Source: a virus (lineage: Duplodnaviria > Heunggongvirae > Uroviricota > Caudoviricetes). Taken from it: a stretch of 5,377 bases of DNA. The stretch lies in IMG/VR virus record IMGVR_UViG_2740892423_000003; one strand, written 5' to 3'. The notes under the pieces are model-generated. The model was not told where the DNA came from and searched no databases. It saw only the letters and a program-made list of their open reading frames with translations. Shown here in pieces: positions 1 to 5,377 of the stretch. Made by a program: the position numbers and the translations under genes. Each line of letters begins with the position of its first letter. Position 1 is the first letter of the stretch.

Positions 1-638
1 GAGAAACGCGCCACACTCTGGCTGATGGACGCAATCTGAGCCTCACCGCTTACCCCCGCCTTAACCAGTGCGCTGAGTGACTCGCTGGTCTGGTCAAACG
101 TCAGCCCTGCCGCCTGCCCGGCTCTGGACAGGACCAGCATGCGATCTGCCGTCAGTCCCGCCTGATTGCCGGAAAGGACCAGCGTTTTGTTGAAATCGGA
201 CAGGGTTGAGTTGCCCTGATACCAGGCATACGCCAGCGCACCGGTCGCCACCGCCAGCGAGGTGGCCCCCACCATCGGCAGGGTGATCGCACCGGCAAGC
301 CCCCTGAACATGGGGATCATCCCGCCGAAGGAGTCCTTCACCTGCCCCCCCTGTTGCAGCAGGATCAGCCACGGACTTTGCCCGCCTGCAAGCTGCGTGG
401 CCACGTCGGTGAACTGTGCAGGCAGCATACGCATGGCGGCTTTATACTGCCCGACGGAAATCCCCGCTTTCTGTGCAGCCAGCGCCTGTCGGCTCAGCGA
501 CTGTTCAACGACTGCCGCTGTTTTTTTCGCATCACTTTCCGTACCGGAAAAATGACGCCTGACTCTGGCCATCTGCTCGTCAAATCTGGCCGCATCCAGA
601 CTCAAATCAACGACCAGATCGCCTACCGGTTCAGCCAT
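1..638 (-). CDS. H: Tail tape-measure protein H, N-terminal part only (about 212 codons); the gene runs off the window at position 1
   Basis: Reverse-complement of 600..638 translates MAEPVGDLVVDLS from an ATG at 636..638, preceded by AGGAGGAG. The frame stays open to position 1 and spot translations (GLAGAITLPMVGATSLAVATG, ALAYAWYQGNSTLSDFNKTLVLSGNQAGLTADRMLVLSRAGQAAGLTF) match lambda gpH as I recall it. It is absent from the ORF track because no stop lies in the window. Confidence 0.92.
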   Translation of the reverse strand, partial: MAEPVGDLVVDLSLDAARFDEQMARVRRHFSGTESDAKKTAAVVEQSLSRQALAAQKAGISVGQYKAAMRMLPAQFTDVATQLAGGQSPWLILLQQGGQVKDSFGGMIPMFRGLAGAITLPMVGATSLAVATGALAYAWYQGNSTLSDFNKTLVLSGNQAGLTADRMLVLSRAGQAAGLTFDQTSESLSALVKAGVSGEAQIASISQSVARF

Positions 639-1065
639 ACCGGACTCCTCCTGCGATCCCTTCTGATACTGTCATCAGCATTACGTCATCCTCCGTCATG
701 TCCGCCACATCCGGGGAAGCGGGGATAACTTCATTCCCGTCCGGGCCAAAGCGGACACCTCCGGCAAGCCCTGCCGCTTTCTGCATCAGCACATCATCTT
801 CAGGCTCTTCGTCAGCCTCGCGCCGGTTCAGCAGACTGAAATCCAGCGGATGCATATCCGGATCGCTGAAAAACAGGCTGAGCACGGTGTACGTCAGCCC
901 GGAAAAGTGCATATCCAGCAGAACATCATGAAAATAATGGGTACTGTAAAAGCGGTGCCAGTCGGCATACTCCGTGGATGACATCCCGGCAAGCATGGCA
1001 CGCCAGTCGGGTCGCCCCATCTCACGCGCCAGTTTCAGGGCAAAACTCAGCTCACCGTCGAACAC
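631..1065 (-). CDS. T: T-frame portion of the G-T tail assembly chaperone fusion, reached by -1 programmed frameshift from G; not an independently initiated gene
   Basis: The 144-aa ORF 631..1065 is in the -1 frame relative to G and overlaps the G 3' end at the slippery heptamer. Its translation (…FDGELSFALKLAREMGRPDW … GGVRYG) matches the lambda T region as I recall it. The track's initial M is a GTG inside the slip site, not a true start. Stop TGA at 631..633 overlaps the H start. Confidence 0.85.
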   Translation of the reverse strand: MFDGELSFALKLAREMGRPDWRAMLAGMSSTEYADWHRFYSTHYFHDVLLDMHFSGLTYTVLSLFFSDPDMHPLDFSLLNRREADEEPEDDVLMQKAAGLAGGVRFGPDGNEVIPASPDVADMTEDDVMLMTVSEGIAGGVRYG

Positions 1066-1469
1066 TTTCCCGCAGAAACAGGCTCTGCAGGCCCGGCGTC
1101 CTCTGCCTGTTCAGGTGCATCATTCACCACAAACTCATACATACCGGACAACCGGTACACCACGTTTTCAGCATGAGAAATTGCCTCTGTGGGCCAGGTG
1201 GTAAGCACTTCCTGCTCAATCTGTTTAACGGCTTCATTCATGGACGGCTGCGTTGTCTTCTGTGGATGGTTATGCCACAGGGACATCGCCACCACAAAAG
1301 CACCGGTTCTGATGGCGTCTTCCACAGTAAACTTCCGGTTGCTGTCTGACTCCGCCTGTTCTGCCTGCCGTTTCATCAGGGCGAGATGCTCAATACGCTG
1401 CAGGGCTGACAGTTCAGAAAGCGTGACGGTCACGCCGTTATGTTCAAATGATTCGGTTTTCAGGAACAT
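1047..1469 (-). CDS. G: Tail assembly chaperone G
   Basis: 140-aa ORF MFLKTESFEHNGVTVTLSELSALQRIEHLALMKRQAEQ…SAGKCSTVS, same length and near-identical to lambda gpG as I recall it. ATG at 1467..1469 is preceded by GGAGAA. Confidence 0.95.
   Translation of the reverse strand: MFLKTESFEHNGVTVTLSELSALQRIEHLALMKRQAEQAESDSNRKFTVEDAIRTGAFVVAMSLWHNHPQKTTQPSMNEAVKQIEQEVLTTWPTEAISHAENVVYRLSGMYEFVVNDAPEQAEDAGPAEPVSAGKCSTVS
1065..1071 (-). promoter_or_regulatory. -1 programmed ribosomal frameshift slippery heptamer G GGA AAG (G to G-T)
   Basis: Plus strand 1065..1071 reads ctttccc, i.e. GGGAAAG on the coding strand, sitting on the Gly-Lys codons of …SAGKCSTVS* nine codons before the G stop. This is the classic lambda G/GT slip position. 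Confidence 0.85.
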
Positions 1470-1484
1470 CGCTGATTCTCCGGA

Positions 1485-2225
1485 TTAACTGGCGGTGACG
1501 TTGATTTCTGCAACCGCAGCAAACTCACCATTACCGGATACGACCGGAATGTTGACCTTGCCTGCAGCAACACCTTTCACGGTGATGGTCATACCACTGA
1601 CCGACACGGTGGCTTTTGTTTTATCCGCAGACACTGCACGGAAGCTCTTGTCGGTTGCGCCTTCCGGCTGGAATGCCACGGTCAGCGTGGTGCTCTTCCC
1701 TTTCACCACCGAGGTGCTGGCAGGCGTCACGGTCATGCCGGTTGCCGCTGTTACCGTGCTGCGATCTTCTGCCATCGACGGACGTCCCACGTTGGTGACT
1801 TTCACCGTGCGGGTGATCACTTCCTTCGCCGTCACCGCCTTACCGATACTGCTGACCCAGCCGCGGAACACATCGACCGTGCCGTTCGGGAAGCGGATTT
1901 TATAGGCACGGGTATCCCCTTCATTAAACCACGCCAGCAGCGCCTGCTGCCCCTGCTCTCCGGGCATCCACGCCAGCGTGAAGCTGGTATCTCCGGCGGA
2001 TTTCTGCCCCTGTCCGGTCGCGGCCCAGTCCGGATCTTCATCATCGAGATAACTGTCGTCATAGGACTCTGCGGTCAGTTCGCCGGGCGTCAGGTCTTTA
2101 ACTTTTGCCAGACGCGACCAGTCAACGTCTGAAAGCGGGTTCGCATAAGGGTCACCGTTCCCCTTATAAACCCACAGAGTGGTTCCGGCCCCTTTCACCG
2201 GTGCCAGAGGATTTGGTGTTGGCAT
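1485..2225 (-). CDS. V: Major tail tube protein V (246 aa) with C-terminal Ig-like domain
   Basis: The track ORF 1485..2255 contains an internal ATG at 2223..2225 that gives [44 protein letters not shown]…, matching the lambda gpV N-terminus and its 246-aa length. GAGGA lies just upstream. The longer start at 2255 would overlap U by 23 nt and add 10 non-homologous residues. Confidence 0.93.
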   Translation of the reverse strand: MPTPNPLAPVKGAGTTLWVYKGNGDPYANPLSDVDWSRLAKVKDLTPGELTAESYDDSYLDDEDPDWAATGQGQKSAGDTSFTLAWMPGEQGQQALLAWFNEGDTRAYKIRFPNGTVDVFRGWVSSIGKAVTAKEVITRTVKVTNVGRPSMAEDRSTVTAATGMTVTPASTSVVKGKSTTLTVAFQPEGATDKSFRAVSADKTKATVSVSGMTITVKGVAAGKVNIPVVSGNGEFAAVAEINVTAS

Positions 2226-2232
2226 ATCGTCC

Positions 2233-2628
2233 TCACATTTCATAGGTAATGACATAAGTCAGATCGGCTGAACTCCACAGGCCCGCATCATCGTCGCGCC
2301 GGTAGTCATAGCCACTGGCCACCATACTGGTGATCAAATCTGACAGTGCCGGGATATCGTTCATCACCGGATAAATCCGGGACTCCATCCACGCATCCAG
2401 CTCTGAATCCGGCACCTGAGCAGGCAGGAAAACTTCGATATGCAGCGCCGCCTGCCAGGTATCGCTGTCCAGCTCTTCGCCCGTGTATTCAGCGCCGGTG
2501 AGATAAACGGCAATTGCCGGAAAATCTTCCTCATCAAAAACAGCGGGGCGACCATCAAAAAGCGTCGCCCCGGTGTCATGCTTCTCCAGTGCATCCAGTA
2601 CGGCTGCACGGAGTTCAGTATGTTTCAT
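2233..2628 (-). CDS. U: Tail tube terminator protein U
   Basis: 131-aa [40 protein letters not shown]…[10 protein letters not shown], same length and near-identical to lambda gpU. Its ATG (2626..2628) overlaps the Z stop in an ATGA arrangement. Confidence 0.95.
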   Translation of the reverse strand: MKHTELRAAVLDALEKHDTGATLFDGRPAVFDEEDFPAIAVYLTGAEYTGEELDSDTWQAALHIEVFLPAQVPDSELDAWMESRIYPVMNDIPALSDLITSMVASGYDYRRDDDAGLWSSADLTYVITYEM

Positions 2629-3203
2629 CGCTTTATTACCATTCTCAGTTGATGCTGCAGCGCATAGCCCAGCTCTTTCGGAAGACGTTCACGCCGTATC
2701 CGTTCAATATTCTGTTTAAACGCCGTGGTCAGCGGCACCGCCATCGGGATTTTCACCACATCAATGGGGTAACGGTTTTTCCCGGCCACACGCTGCATGA
2801 CATGCCACCGGCCATTTTTCAGTTGCTGAATAAACGCGCCGGGAATACGACGGTTTCCCACCACAAGCACACTGCCGCCACCTTTCAGGGCTGAACGCTG
2901 CCCCTTTTTACGACGCCTGCGTCGAGACAGGACAACCCGCGCGTTACCCAGCTTTATTACGGGCAAATCCCCCCGGCTAACCCTGATTCTGGCCTGCGGA
3001 TTTTTGACCGTGGCCCTTTTCAGCCTGGCCCTTTCCTTTACCAGTTTCCGGCGTACCTTTGTCTCACGGGCAACCTGTGCCACCGACTGCGATATCGCGG
3101 ATGAAGCAACGCGGTTAATGGCCATTGCGGCGGCACCGGGCACCGCCGTTCTGCTGATACGGCTGAGGTTTTCAACGGCCTGCTCAAGACCTTTTATGGC
3201 CAT
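2625..3203 (-). CDS. Z: Tail completion/assembly protein Z
   Basis: 192-aa ORF MAIKGLEQAVENLSRISRTAVPGAAAMAINRVASSAISQS…[11 protein letters not shown], same length and near-identical to lambda gpZ. ATG at 3201..3203 is preceded by AAGGGGGA. Confidence 0.95.
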   Translation of the reverse strand: MAIKGLEQAVENLSRISRTAVPGAAAMAINRVASSAISQSVAQVARETKVRRKLVKERARLKRATVKNPQARIRVSRGDLPVIKLGNARVVLSRRRRRKKGQRSALKGGGSVLVVGNRRIPGAFIQQLKNGRWHVMQRVAGKNRYPIDVVKIPMAVPLTTAFKQNIERIRRERLPKELGYALQHQLRMVIKR

Positions 3204-3214
3204 ACATCCCCCTT

Positions 3215-3568
3215 TCAGCGGCGACGGTTAACGGCAGGCGGTACGCCCCGCCCAAGCCAGAGATGACAGCTTCCGCCATCATCCGGCGAAATCCGGTCCA
3301 CCCAGAAGTTTTCCTCGCCGATGGTCAGTGTGTCTCCACGCCGCAGCTGCCGCACCTCATCAGTCCGGACAAACAGGGACGGGCTGGAGCCTTCAACGCG
3401 CACGCCCTGTCCGGCATAGCTGATATTTTCAGGGTCATCAAAAACACCACGTATCACAGCACCTGACTGCTCACCGGATGTCATGGTGGCTGACGTTCCC
3501 ATGTACCCGCGTATCGTTTCATCGGCGCGGGCAATGGCAGCATCGAACAGGTTATCGAAATCAGCCAC
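3215..3568 (-). CDS. FII: Head-tail joining (head completion) protein FII, complete copy
   Basis: 117-aa ORF MADFDNLFDAAIARADETIRGYMGTSAT…HLWLGRGVPPAVNRRR matching lambda gpFII. The start codon is GTG (plus-strand cac at 3566..3568), preceded by GGGAGG. Confidence 0.92.
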   Translation of the reverse strand: MADFDNLFDAAIARADETIRGYMGTSATMTSGEQSGAVIRGVFDDPENISYAGQGVRVEGSSPSLFVRTDEVRQLRRGDTLTIGEENFWVDRISPDDGGSCHLWLGRGVPPAVNRRR

Positions 3569-3863
3569 AGCGCCTCCCGTTATTGCATTCTGGCCAGGCC
3601 GCGCTCTGTCATTTCGGCTGCCACACCGGCAGAGACACGAAACGCCGTTCCCGGCAGCACAAATGCCACAGGTTTATCCCGCGTGGCGTGAAGTGCATCA
3701 GTATGCAGCGTCACCAGTGCCACGACCGTGACCAGTTCAGCCGTATCCTGAATCACGGTATCCGTCTGTGCTGATACCACCTCATTTTCATGTCCGGTCA
3801 GTGCATTTTCCGGGCTGACAGACGTGTCCTGACCGGCTGCGTCATCCGTGTCATCAAGCTCCT
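3299..3863. repeat. Direct repeat copy 1 (FII 5' part + FI-FII junction + FI 3' part), ~565 bp, abutting the gap
   Basis: Aligns collinearly with 3874..4435 at an offset of 572-575 bp. I counted about 16 substitutions and one 3-bp indel by eye, about 97% identity. Confidence 0.9.
3580..3863 (-). pseudogene. FI: FI 3' fragment (C-terminal ~93 codons), 5'-truncated at the N-gap; a diverged duplicate of 4155..4435
   Basis: Translation …ELDDTDDAAGQDTSVSPENALTGHENEVVSAQTDTVIQDTAELVTVVALVTLHTDALHATRDKPVAFVLPGTAFRVSAGVAAEMTERGLARMQ*. It is ~97% identical in DNA to the 3' end of the complete FI gene, with a 3-bp indel that adds one Gln. It is cut off at the N run, so it is either a contig-end partial or a gene fragment. 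Confidence 0.75.
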
Positions 3864-3873
3864 NNNNNNNNNN
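3864..3873. other. Assembly gap: run of 10 N
   Basis: Ten consecutive n characters in the sequence, a conventional placeholder for a scaffold gap of unknown size. Confidence 0.98.
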
Positions 3874-4143
3874 TATCCAGAAGTTTTCCTCACCGATGGT
3901 CAGCGTGTCGCCGCGCCGCAGCTGCCGCACATCATCAGTCCGGACAAACAGGGACGGGCTGGAGCCTTCAACGCGCACGCCCTGTCCGGCATAGCTGATA
4001 TTTTCAGGGTCATCAAAAACACCACGTATCACAGCACCGGACAGCTCACCGGATGTCATGGTGGCTGACGTTCCCATGTACCCGCGTATCGTTTCATCGG
4101 CGCGGGCAATGGCAGCATCGAACAGGTTATCGGAATCAGCCAC
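3874..4143 (-). pseudogene. FII: FII 5' fragment (N-terminal 90 codons), 3'-truncated at the N-gap; a diverged duplicate of 3299..3568
   Basis: Translation MADSDNLFDAAIARADETIRGYMGTSATMTSGELSGAVIRGVFDDPENISYAGQGVRVEGSSPSLFVRTDDVRQLRRGDTLTIGEENFWI, then N. GTG start at 4141..4143 with the same GGGAGG upstream as the complete copy. Differences from 3215..3568 are mostly synonymous. Confidence 0.75.
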
Positions 4144-4435
4144 AGCGCCTCCCGTTATTGCATTCTGGCCAGGCCATGTTCTGTCATTTCGGCTGCCACA
4201 CCGGCAGAGACACGAAACGCCGTTCCCGGCAGCACAAATGCCACAGGCTCATCCCGCGTGGCGTGAAGTGCATCAGTATGCAGCGTCACCAGTGCCACGA
4301 CCGTGACCAGAGCAGCCGTATCAATCACGGTATCCGGCTGCGCTGATACCACCTCATTTTCATGTCCGGTCAGTGCATTTTCCGGGCTGACAGACGTGTC
4401 CTGACCGGCTGCGTCATCCGTGTCATCAAGCTCCT
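3874..4435. repeat. Direct repeat copy 2 (FII 5' part + FI-FII junction + FI 3' part), ~562 bp, abutting the gap
   Basis: Same alignment as copy 1. The repeat begins exactly at the first base after the N run and copy 1 ends exactly at the last base before it. Confidence 0.9.
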
Positions 4436-4550
4436 CTTCCAGCTCTGCCACACGGAGCGCCAGTTCTTCTTTCGTCCCCGTCAGGCTGACATCACGGTTC
4501 AGTTGCTCACCCAGCGACCGGAGACGGGCAATCAGTTCATCTTTCGTCAT
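4155..4550 (-). CDS. FI: DNA packaging / head assembly protein FI (131 aa)
   Basis: The internal ATG at 4548..4550 gives MTKDELIARLRSLGEQLNRDVSLTGTKEELALRVAELEEELDD…GLARMQ, matching the lambda gpFI N-terminus and length, with GGAGGAG immediately upstream. The track's longer ORF starts at a GTG at 4589, inside the E-FI hairpin region, and is probably not used. Confidence 0.92.
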   Translation of the reverse strand: MTKDELIARLRSLGEQLNRDVSLTGTKEELALRVAELEEELDDTDDAAGQDTSVSPENALTGHENEVVSAQPDTVIDTAALVTVVALVTLHTDALHATRDEPVAFVLPGTAFRVSAGVAAEMTEHGLARMQ

Positions 4551-4560
4551 GAACTCCTCC

Positions 4561-4591
4561 ACAGAGAGAAAATGGCCCCGAAGGGCCACGA
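4561..4591 (-). terminator. Candidate stem-loop (UUCG tetraloop) plus U-rich tract in the E-FI intergenic region; a possible partial terminator or mRNA-stabilising hairpin
   Basis: Coding-strand RNA just 3' of the E stop reads UCGUGGCCC-UUCG-GGGCCAUUUUCUCUCUGUGGAGGAGUUCAUG. GGCCC/GGGCC forms a 5-bp GC stem closed as C(UUCG)G, extendable to about 7 bp, followed by AUUUUCUCUCU. Function is inferred, not shown. Confidence 0.35.
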
Positions 4592-5377
4592 TTACGCCAG
4601 TTGTACGGAAACGAACTCATCAGGGTCAGCCAGCAGCATCAGCGGTGCTGACTGAATCATGGTGAACTCACGCGCCGGATCGCCGGTGGTCACCCAGTTT
4701 TTCGGGTAACGGGCAGAGGCGTTAATGCCTTCGCGCTGTGCGTCCGCATCCTGAATGCAGCCATAGGTGCGCAGACCGCGAGCCTGAGTGTTCCCCAGCA
4801 CCATCGTGTTGTCCGGCAGGAAGTTCTTTTTGACGCCGTTTTCCACGTACTGTCCGGAATACACGACGATGGCCACATCGCCATACATTCCCTTATAGGA
4901 CACCGCTTTGCCCAGGTCTTTTACCGCTGTCTCCAGCTCGGAATGAGAGCCGCGACGGGTATCCAGCTTCTCCCTGACGGCTTTGAAGGAACGGAACAGC
5001 GCCCAGCCTTTCGGATCGAACACGATGATATTCACCACGCCGCTGGCGTTCAGCGCGTAGGCTTCGATATCGTCGGTCGGGTCATACGTGGACTTGTCAC
5101 GCTTGCTCCACTCCGTGCTGCCGGACTGCGTGATGTTGTTCGCCGCACTGCGGCCCATATCCACCTCAACCGGATCGAAGGCTTCACCGGTCATGGTGTA
5201 TTTGCCCTTGAGCACGGCAGAAACGGCCTGCATCTCTTCGACCTGAGCAATGGCCAGCTCTTCGTCTCGCATGTTCTGCATGATGATGCGACGGCGGCGG
5301 TAAGCCGGGTCCGCCAGATTCTGCGGATCTTCATCCGGCAGGCGACGCAGGGTCATCTGCGGATTCACCTCATGCTT
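4592..5377 (-). CDS. E: Major capsid protein E, C-terminal ~261 codons; the N-terminus lies beyond the window end
   Basis: Translation …KHEVNPQMTLRRLPDEDPQNLADPAYRRRRIIMQNMRDEELAIAQVEEMQAV…PLMLLADPDEFVSVQLA* matches the C-terminal two-thirds of lambda gpE as I recall it. The frame is open to the window edge at 5377. The track's M at 5368 is an internal GTG (Val), not the true start. Stop TAA at 4592..4594. Confidence 0.95.
   Translation of the reverse strand, partial: KHEVNPQMTLRRLPDEDPQNLADPAYRRRRIIMQNMRDEELAIAQVEEMQAVSAVLKGKYTMTGEAFDPVEVDMGRSAANNITQSGSTEWSKRDKSTYDPTDDIEAYALNASGVVNIIVFDPKGWALFRSFKAVREKLDTRRGSHSELETAVKDLGKAVSYKGMYGDVAIVVYSGQYVENGVKKNFLPDNTMVLGNTQARGLRTYGCIQDADAQREGINASARYPKNWVTTGDPAREFTMIQSAPLMLLADPDEFVSVQLA

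Noticed and set aside
262-728. Plus-strand ORFs 262..555 and 354..728, and minus-strand ORF 94..372
   Set aside because: They lie entirely within the H coding region in other frames or on the antisense strand. The compositions are Pro/Arg/Cys-rich and typical of spurious frames in GC-rich coding DNA, whereas the H frame matches lambda gpH.
698-1488. Plus-strand ORFs 698..931, 974..1204, 978..1349, 1189..1488
   Set aside because: Antisense to the T and G genes, with low-complexity Ser/Arg/Cys-rich translations and no ribosome-binding-site context. The minus strand at these positions is fully explained by G and G-T.
1495-2062. ORFs 1495..1905 (+), 1616..1798 (+) and 1832..2062 (-)
   Set aside because: All are nested inside the V gene, on the opposite strand or in another frame. 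The V frame matches lambda major tail protein over its whole length.
2226-2255. Longer V start at 2255 (track [19 protein letters not shown]…)
   Set aside because: The extension overlaps the 3' end of U by 23 nt and has no counterpart in lambda gpV. The internal ATG at 2225 with a GAGGA ribosome-binding site reproduces the lambda N-terminus and the 246-aa length.
2364-2894. ORFs 2364..2609 (-), 2440..2652 (+) and 2514..2894 (+)
   Set aside because: Nested in or antisense to U and Z; they are alternative-frame artefacts.
3864-3873. Possibility that the N run hides an inserted element such as an IS or a moron between FII and FI
   Set aside because: The sequences abutting both sides of the gap are homologous to each other right up to the gap edges, which points to a contig overlap rather than missing inserted content. 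The sequence alone cannot exclude it; long reads would settle it.
3580-4143. 187-aa ORF in the track that reads FII N-terminus, then XXXX, then FI C-terminus as one protein
   Set aside because: It is a chimeric read-through across the 10-N gap, joining the 5' part of one FII copy to the 3' part of an FI copy. The N run is not real sequence, so the in-frame continuity is coincidental and this is not a real fusion gene.
3004-4346. Plus-strand ORFs 3004..3231, 3263..3466, 3478..3774, 3483..3731 and their near-duplicates 3790..4068, 4053..4346, 4058..4306
   Set aside because: Antisense to Z, FII and FI. They appear twice only because the underlying DNA is duplicated around the gap, and their His/Arg/Cys/Pro-rich translations are not protein-like.
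4551-4589. Longer FI start at 4589 (track ORF MALRGHFLSVEEFMTKDEL…)
   Set aside because: That start is a GTG three bases after the E stop, inside the predicted hairpin and without a ribosome-binding site. The ATG at 4550 has GGAGGAG upstream and matches the lambda FI N-terminus.
4362-4884. ORFs 4362..4655 (+), 4420..4665 (+) and 4690..4884 (-)
   Set aside because: Antisense or out of frame relative to FI and E. For example, the poly-Ser run in 4420..4665 is just the reverse reading of the Glu/Leu-rich FI N-terminus.
1-5377. CRISPR arrays, tRNA or rRNA genes, integrase or att sites, defence systems
   Set aside because: I found no short regularly spaced repeats, no tRNA-like cloverleaf candidates and no unexplained ORFs. 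The window is wholly internal to the structural gene cluster, so prophage boundaries and cargo genes would lie elsewhere.

Overview
This window is the late morphogenesis module of a lambda-like (lambdoid) phage or prophage, with every real gene on the minus strand in the canonical lambda order. Reading from high to low coordinates: major capsid protein E (start lies beyond the window), FI, FII, Z, U, V, G, the G-T frameshift extension, and the first ~212 codons of tape-measure protein H (continues beyond position 1). Identifications rest on my recollection of phage lambda protein sequences, which these translations match almost residue for residue; I ran no database search. I do not see a novel or undescribed system here: no defence genes, CRISPR array, RNA genes or mobile-element genes. 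The most notable thing is structural. A run of 10 N (3864..3873) is flanked by a ~565-bp direct repeat of the FII-5'/FI-3' junction whose two copies are only ~97% identical, with mostly synonymous differences. That is most simply explained as an unmerged contig overlap between two paralogous lambdoid prophages, i.e. a possible chimeric scaffold, rather than real biology. Smaller observations are a stable UUCG-tetraloop hairpin with a U-rich tail between E and FI, the conserved GGGAAAG slippery site for the G-T frameshift, GTG starts on FII, and tightly coupled gene junctions. All plus-strand ORFs in the track are antisense artefacts of the GC-rich coding strand.
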